From the NCBI GenBank assembly GCA_964445435.1, contig CAYUKU010000005.1:6627-70626 (forward strand): a DNA stretch of 64,000 nucleotides, written 5' to 3'. The notes under the pieces are model-generated. The model was not told the origin of the DNA and ran no database searches. It saw only the letters and a program-made list of their open reading frames with translations. Of this stretch, positions 58,541-64,000 are shown one piece after another. The DNA is from an uncultured Gammaproteobacteria bacterium. Lineage in GTDB: Bacteria > Patescibacteriota > Microgenomatia > UBA10105 > UBA927. Positions within the stretch are counted from its first letter, which is position 1. Each line of letters begins with the position of its first letter. The position numbers and the translations under genes were made by a program.

Positions 58541-59162
58541 AGAGTCGTGAGGCTTCCATCACGTACCGCAGAAATACCGTAGCAGACAGCATTTCCAACC
58601 CTTCTTCTATGCCAACCATCAGAACGTAAATCGGGTGGCCGTAGGTTGCTCCACCAACGATTTCAAATACGAGTATGGCGCCGTACATGAGAAGCCCCGT
58701 CCAGAGAAGCTGTTGCCGTTGCCGATGTGTTTCCCGTCGGGCAATCGCCGCGAACGACATGAAGACGAAGATGATAAAGACAAGTAACGGAAATATCCAG
58801 GAGAAATAAACAAAAGATCCGAGGAATGATTGTGCGGAAACGAGCCCCTTGAGCGTGGTGCTTACATATTCGTGAATTTCGAAGTATTCGTCGAGTGACA
58901 GCATGAGGAAAAAGGAGGCCATCCCGGCGTATGAAAGAATGGTACCGATCCTTTTTTGGGCGCCGAGGGTAAGAAAACCGATGACTGCAGCCAGAAGATA
59001 TACACCGGAGGTGAACCACGCGGCCAGAGTGACTTTCTCATCCATGTAAAAGATGCTGGTATCCATGCCCAGGATTCGGTAGGGATGAAACAGGAAATGA
59101 AGAAGCGTAATGCCGAGGCTAACGGCGAAGAGTCCGCGGAATGCTCGGGTCGGAATATCCAT
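58521..59162 (-). CDS. multi-TM hypothetical membrane protein
   Basis: LSLDE...IHE and IEEGLEM motifs, about 6 TMs; start MDIP follows TACATT. Confidence 0.7.
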   Translation of the reverse strand: MDIPTRAFRGLFAVSLGITLLHFLFHPYRILGMDTSIFYMDEKVTLAAWFTSGVYLLAAVIGFLTLGAQKRIGTILSYAGMASFFLMLSLDEYFEIHEYVSTTLKGLVSAQSFLGSFVYFSWIFPLLVFIIFVFMSFAAIARRETHRQRQQLLWTGLLMYGAILVFEIVGGATYGHPIYVLMVGIEEGLEMLSATVFLRYVMEASRLFNASGR

Positions 59163-59214
59163 CTGTAATGTAGTATACACTGATTGGAACACCTCCTGTA
59201 TAATGAAGTTCATG

Positions 59215-59356
59215 CCGGGTTGTAGAATTTCGACACGGCTTTCTCTTGTTTGCCCGTATATCTACGTGACTCGCCATATGACAATCGGTATCTATAACGA
59301 AAGGAGTCTGGAATTTCGAAAGCCGTAAAGGCAAACGTCGAAATTTCACTACCCGG
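59215..59356 (+). mobile_element. family B inverted-repeat element, copy 3 (142 bp)
   Basis: CATG-ccgggttgtagaatttcgac...tttgcc...ggcaaacgtcgaaatttcactacccgg-CATG. Confidence 0.8.
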
Positions 59357-59357
59357 C

Positions 59358-60005
59358 ATGTTTCGTATAGAAAAGACAGACCTTCTCGTCTCCGTCTATA
59401 TCTTCTGCATTCTGGTCAGCGAACTTATGGGGGGCAAGACATTTCCTGTTTTGACGTGGCCCGTCAGGCTCAATGCATCGGTAGCTATTTTCGTTCTTCC
59501 CCTCGTCTATTCCATAAACGATATCGTAATTGAGGTTCTGGGAATTGAGCGTGCCAGAAGTATCGTCAGAAGCGGACTTATAACTGTTGCACTCGTATTG
59601 GGCTTTTCACTTCTTGCCACAAGTTTGCCGCCTTCGGGCAGATTTGCGGCAACCGAATCTGCGTACGATACCATTTTCGGATTGTCAGCGCGGATTGCAG
59701 CGGCCTCTCTCACTGCATTTTTGCTTGCTGAGTTTACCGATTTACTCGTGTTCCAGAAAATCCGTGCCCGACTGGGGAAGAAATCCCTCTGGCTCAGAAG
59801 TAACGCGTCCAATATCGTTTCACACTTCCTGGATACGGTTATCTTTATAACGCTTGCGTTTTACGGGGTCAACCGTCCGTTTGCCGATAACATTTCGTTT
59901 CTCTGGAGTCTCATTTTGCCGTACTGGCTTCTTAAGTGCAGCATGTCTGTTGTTACCACTCCGCTTGTGTATGCGGGAGTCAGGTGGCTGAAAGGAAAAC
60001 AATGA
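59358..60005 (+). CDS. VUT/YhhQ-family vitamin or queuosine-precursor transporter
   Basis: ND...EV.G...AR, RI..ASL.AF, LWLRSN.S..VS...DT..F...AF. Confidence 0.9.
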   Translation: MFRIEKTDLLVSVYIFCILVSELMGGKTFPVLTWPVRLNASVAIFVLPLVYSINDIVIEVLGIERARSIVRSGLITVALVLGFSLLATSLPPSGRFAATESAYDTIFGLSARIAAASLTAFLLAEFTDLLVFQKIRARLGKKSLWLRSNASNIVSHFLDTVIFITLAFYGVNRPFADNISFLWSLILPYWLLKCSMSVVTTPLVYAGVRWLKGKQ

Positions 60006-60532
60006 AGGTAATACTCGTCATGGTCTCCTCTATAAACGGGAAGATCACGAAGGGGGATAATCCCGACGTTTCTGCGTTCGCTTCCAAGGAAGACGCCGCG
60101 CTGTTTCTGAGCATCAAGGATCGTTTTCGCTGTTACATTTTGGGCTCGGCCACCTATGAAGCGTCACGGAAAAAGATTATTCTCCGGAAAGGCAAGCTTC
60201 GCATCGTCCTTACGAGGAACCCTGAGAAATACAAAGCCGAAACCGTTCCCGGTAGGCTCGAATTTACCAGTGAATCTCCCGAGACTCTTGTGAGGCGGCT
60301 TTCGCGGGATGGATACAAAAGTGCGCTTCTCTTGGGAGGATCACAAATAAACAGACATTTCCTCGCAGCCGGACTGGTCGATGAAGTGTATCTGACAATC
60401 GAGCCTGCGTTGTTTGGCAGGGGGAAGGATCTCGTGGCTGAGTCGGATGTGGATGTGCCCCTGAAGCTCATACGTTTTGAGAAACTCAACAAAATAGGGA
60501 CGCTTCACGTGCGGTATAAGGTGATCAAATGA
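60002..60532 (+). CDS. dihydrofolate reductase / RibD C-terminal family protein
   Basis: SINGKI, GSATY, LGGSQIN..F...LVDE..LTIEP..FG.G; start corrected. Confidence 0.88.
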   Translation: MKVILVMVSSINGKITKGDNPDVSAFASKEDAALFLSIKDRFRCYILGSATYEASRKKIILRKGKLRIVLTRNPEKYKAETVPGRLEFTSESPETLVRRLSRDGYKSALLLGGSQINRHFLAAGLVDEVYLTIEPALFGRGKDLVAESDVDVPLKLIRFEKLNKIGTLHVRYKVIK

Positions 60533-61275
60533 ATATCACGCCGATACAAACGGAGATTATCCGTGCAGGCCAGACAGACCTGTTTTCTTTGTTGGACACG
60601 TATGTTTCCGTTTTTGCCGAACATTCGATCTTGGCAATTACTTCAAAAATCGTTTCGTTGTGTGAGGGCAGAGTTGTCCCCAAAAGCGCAGACAAGCTCG
60701 AACTTGTTAAGAAAGAAGCAGACCTGTTTCTTCCGCCTTCCGAAAACACGTACGGTATCGCCATGACGGTTGCTCACGATCTTCTTATTCCTGCCTCAGG
60801 CATCGATGAATCCAATGCCGACGGTGGATACGTCCTCTGGCCACGCGATGCCCAAAAAACGGCAAATGATGTGAGGGGCTACCTGATGCAGCGGTTTAGT
60901 GTTCAGGAAATCGGTGTTCTTATTACCGATAGCAAAACGGCGCCCCTGAGATGGGGGACCACGGGTGTGGCTCTGGCGCATAGCGGTTTTGTGGGGGTGA
61001 ATGATTTTATTGGTAAGCCTGACCTCTTCGGACGCCGCCTGGAGGTGACGAAAGTAAATGTCCGCGATGGATTGGCAGCAGGTGCCGTATTGGCGATGGG
61101 CGAATCTGTCGAGAAGACGCCCCTTACCGTTATTTCCGATGTTCCGTTTGTTGTATTTCAGGACCGCAATCCCACAAAGGAAGAACTAGCAGACCTTCAC
61201 ATCGATATGGATGCGGATGTGTATGGAGCTATTTTACGAAGGGCGCCCTGGCAGAAGGGCGGAAGGCGCAAGTGA
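60529..61275 (+). CDS. CofE-like gamma-glutamyl ligase (putative alternative folylpolyglutamate ligase)
   Basis: ITSKIVSLCEG, SGIDESNA, ITDS...PLR.G, DLFGR, MGE..E.TP. Confidence 0.85.
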   Translation: MNITPIQTEIIRAGQTDLFSLLDTYVSVFAEHSILAITSKIVSLCEGRVVPKSADKLELVKKEADLFLPPSENTYGIAMTVAHDLLIPASGIDESNADGGYVLWPRDAQKTANDVRGYLMQRFSVQEIGVLITDSKTAPLRWGTTGVALAHSGFVGVNDFIGKPDLFGRRLEVTKVNVRDGLAAGAVLAMGESVEKTPLTVISDVPFVVFQDRNPTKEELADLHIDMDADVYGAILRRAPWQKGGRRK

Positions 61276-61282
61276 GGCCGAG

Positions 61283-62293
61283 ATGAAACGGATTTTTATC
61301 ATCGTCACTATCTGTCTTGTTTTTTTCGGTACCTACTTCATGCGGTCAAACCTGGATGCCTCCCTGCCGCCGGTTTCTGTGCCCACGCCCACGCCGATGC
61401 CGTTTGTTGAGATGACGATACCGTATTTGGCAAATCGGACGTATGAAAGTGTGTTAGGAGAGCGGCAGTTTCTTTCCGAAAACGCATCGTACACATCGTA
61501 TCTGACGAGCTATACGTCAGACGGGCTGAAGATCAATGCATTATTAACGGTTCCCAAGGGAGACAAGCCGTTCCCTGCAATTGTTTTTGTCCACGGTTAC
61601 ATCGCACCGACCATATATCGCACGACCGAGCGGTACGGCGACTATGTGGACTATTTGGCCAGAAACGGCTTTGTGGTGATGAAAATAGATTTGCGTGGTC
61701 ACGGACAGTCCGAAGGGAATCCGGGGGGCGCATATTATTCCTCCGATTACATAATAGATACGCTGAACGCCCGGGCGGCGCTCGCATCCTTTGACGTCGT
61801 CAACCCCAAAGCAATCGGTTTATGGGGACACAGCATGGCGGGTAATGTGCTCATGCGAGCGTTTTCAGCCAAGCCTGACATTCCTGCTGTCGTAATCTGG
61901 GCAGGAGCCGGGTACACATACACGGATCTGGTAACCTACAGAATTTCTGAGATGAGTTACCGCCCGCCGTCCATAAGCTCAGAGCGGCAAAGGAGAAGGC
62001 AGGCATTGCGGGACGCATACGGTGAATTTGATCCTGATCATCCGTTCTGGAGTCAGGTCGCCGTCACCAAGTATCTTTCGAATTTACAGGGCGCTCTTCA
62101 AGTGCACCATGCCGTTGACGATGCGGTCGTGAATATCGAGTACAGTAGAAATCTCATGAAACTGCTTGACCAAACGTCCGTCGACCACGAACTGTTCGAA
62201 TATCCCGCAGGTGGCCATAATATCTCGGGTTCATCATTTTCTCTCGCCATGGCTCGTACGGTTGAATTTTTCCGGAAGCATCTTTCAGACTGA
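61283..62293 (+). CDS. secreted S9-like alpha/beta hydrolase
   Basis: N-terminal TM, HGY, GHSMAG, D..V, GGHN; start corrected. Confidence 0.88.
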   Translation: MKRIFIIVTICLVFFGTYFMRSNLDASLPPVSVPTPTPMPFVEMTIPYLANRTYESVLGERQFLSENASYTSYLTSYTSDGLKINALLTVPKGDKPFPAIVFVHGYIAPTIYRTTERYGDYVDYLARNGFVVMKIDLRGHGQSEGNPGGAYYSSDYIIDTLNARAALASFDVVNPKAIGLWGHSMAGNVLMRAFSAKPDIPAVVIWAGAGYTYTDLVTYRISEMSYRPPSISSERQRRRQALRDAYGEFDPDHPFWSQVAVTKYLSNLQGALQVHHAVDDAVVNIEYSRNLMKLLDQTSVDHELFEYPAGGHNISGSSFSLAMARTVEFFRKHLSD

Positions 62294-63124
62294 TTTTTCT
62301 TTGAGGTTTTCTTCGAGGAAAAGAAGCGTTTTGGCCCAGGCGTCTTTCGTTTCTTGGGGGGCGTAATTAGTACCGGTCGGATTGGCAAACGCATGTCCGA
62401 CACCGGGATAAATCGTGATACTTTGGGTGATATTGAGTGTTTTAAGCGCGCTTTCAAATTCGCGTACGCGAGCGGGTGGGATGGAGGTGTCCGTCTCGCC
62501 GAAGATTCCCAGGACGGGCCAGGTGATTGACCGCAGTTTTGACGGGTCGGTTACCAAATTTCCATAGTATATGACAGTTGCATCCAGTCTCTCGCCGGAG
62601 ATGGCCAGTTGCAATGATTGTCCACCGCCGAAGCACCACCCCAGGGAAGCGATCTTTACCGCGTTTTTGTCTCTGAGAAATGCCGCGGCTGCCCGGAGGT
62701 TTGACAGCGCCTCATCCTGCTTGAGGGTAGCCGTCTGCGTGCGGGCTTCATCCGAATTCTTGGCGACCGACCCTTTGAAAAGATCGACTGCCAGCACTTG
62801 ATATCCCTCTTTGGCAAGCGTATCTGCCATGGATTTGATTTGATCATTGAGTCCCCACCACTCGTGAATCATGACGATTCCTGGATATCCGTGGATGGGG
62901 GCTTTTGGCTCGTCGGGGACGGCGTAATATCCCTTGATTCCCTGAAAATACGTTACCGTTTCTGATTTGATCTTCGTCTGCTTATCACTCGTAAGCGCTT
63001 GGGAGTTGGTGGGAGTTGGAGTCGTGGAGGCGGCAATGTGAGGGGATTTCTGCCAGAAGTACGCACCGTAGGCAATAGCGGCAGCCAGGACGACTATGAT
63101 GGGCAAAAACCACACCTGTTTCAT
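62285..63124 (-). CDS. dienelactone hydrolase family protein
   Basis: HEWWGLN, GWCFGG, GHAFAN. Confidence 0.92.
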   Translation of the reverse strand: MKQVWFLPIIVVLAAAIAYGAYFWQKSPHIAASTTPTPTNSQALTSDKQTKIKSETVTYFQGIKGYYAVPDEPKAPIHGYPGIVMIHEWWGLNDQIKSMADTLAKEGYQVLAVDLFKGSVAKNSDEARTQTATLKQDEALSNLRAAAAFLRDKNAVKIASLGWCFGGGQSLQLAISGERLDATVIYYGNLVTDPSKLRSITWPVLGIFGETDTSIPPARVREFESALKTLNITQSITIYPGVGHAFANPTGTNYAPQETKDAWAKTLLFLEENLKEKSV

Positions 63125-63154
63125 AGAAGTCCACTTGGTATTGTATCACACAGT

Positions 63155-63376
63155 TTAAGGTGTATGAATCTCTACTCGTTTCAGTTTCGTTTTATCGCCA
63201 GTGACGATTTCGACCTGGCGTTTTTTTGACGAGGAAGTGCTGTGCAATCGCTTCGATAGCTGCGGCGTAGGCTTTACTCTCCAGTGGAGGGTTGTCACAT
63301 AAACATGGAGCGTTCCCGTAAGTCCGGCTCCACACGCGGCTTCTTGCTGTTTGGGTAAACAATGATTGACAACCAT
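63155..63376 (-). pseudogene. DUF167 (YggU)-family gene with several frameshifts
   Basis: Segments IIVYPNSKKPRVEPD / TGTLHVYVT / PPLESKAYAAAIEAIAQHFLVKK / QVEIVTGDKTKLKRVEI lie in different frames. Confidence 0.7.
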
Positions 63377-63381
63377 GGATG

Positions 63382-63771
63382 TTACTTGGCGAGAATTTCC
63401 GGCAGGGGGGTTTCTTTGGGGATAAACCGGATGGAGAGCGAATTGACGCAGTGACGGGTGTCTTTCTCAGTCATGCGTTCACCCTCGAAGACATGTCCCA
63501 AATGTCCGTCGCACCTGCTGCAGCGGATTTCGGTTCGTCGCCCGTCAGGATCGGTAAGCCGCTTCACGGCATCGGGGAAATGCTCGTCAAATGCCGGCCA
63601 GCCGCATCCCGCATCGAATTTTGCTTTCGAGGAAAAAAGCGGACTATTACACCGGCGGCAAATGAATGTACCTTCTTTATAGAAATCGTCATATTCACCC
63701 GTAAACGGCGGCTCGGTGCCATGACTGACGATGACGGCTGATTCTTCGCTTGTTAACGGATTGTATGGCAT
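63382..63771 (-). CDS. msrB: peptide-methionine (R)-S-oxide reductase
   Basis: GTEPPFTG, CRRC, GCGWPAF, GHLGHVF, RHCVNS. Confidence 0.96.
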   Translation of the reverse strand: MPYNPLTSEESAVIVSHGTEPPFTGEYDDFYKEGTFICRRCNSPLFSSKAKFDAGCGWPAFDEHFPDAVKRLTDPDGRRTEIRCSRCDGHLGHVFEGERMTEKDTRHCVNSLSIRFIPKETPLPEILAK

Positions 63772-64000
63772 GTGCGGAAATTCTCTATACTATTATTCTA
63801 ACACCAAAGTCGCCGGTTCTGTGCGGATTGAAACCTCGCAGTACGATCATATATTCGAAATCGAGCGTACTGCGAGGTTGGTTGACACAATGCTTTTTAG
63901 ATATAGGGTATGGTATAGTCAGGCTATAAAAAACGAGCACATAGGCGATTGCAAACAAGTTATGAAAAGGCAGAAAAATAAGGAAGCAATTCAGTGTGGC

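Noticed and set aside
59215-59356. preQ1 riboswitch expected upstream of yhhQ
   Set aside because: No preQ1 motif; the same element precedes two unrelated genes

Overview
A 64-kb, mostly housekeeping chromosomal segment that reads in standard code 11. Gene content (short EF-Ts, archaeal-type ProRS, MtrA-ThyA-DUF4346 fusion, DUF5667/DUF5671-like proteins, salvage-centred metabolism) points to a Patescibacteria/CPR genome, most like Microgenomates; this is an inference. The window holds tRNA-Ile and tRNA-Cys with an att-like duplication of the tRNA 3' half, a PIN toxin-antitoxin-like pair, and a large nucleoside/thymidylate salvage region (dcd, thyA fusion, dNK, tmk, tdk, udp, add, guaB, glyA). 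It also holds rpsB-tsf-frr-rseP, csaA-proS, dnaX, a SAM/SAH-recycling cluster (adoK, ahcY, CBS, DUF62-like), prs, recR, cysS, argF and a yhhQ-DHFR-cofE-like operon. No transposase, integrase, CRISPR array or rRNA is visible. The most unusual signals are non-coding. Family B is a 142-144 bp inverted-repeat element (3 copies) sitting exactly between a predicted -10 box and the ATG of otherwise leaderless genes, with a 3-4 bp duplication that includes the ATG in two copies. Family A is a ~164 bp multi-stem element (4 copies plus one deleted inverted copy) with clear compensatory base changes; one copy interrupts a gene in frame. Also present are a transcriptional T-box with an ultra-short Stem I carrying a Pro specifier and a variant glmS ribozyme. 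Many start codons in the supplied ORF track were corrected to downstream starts. All product calls come from motif recognition, not database searches.
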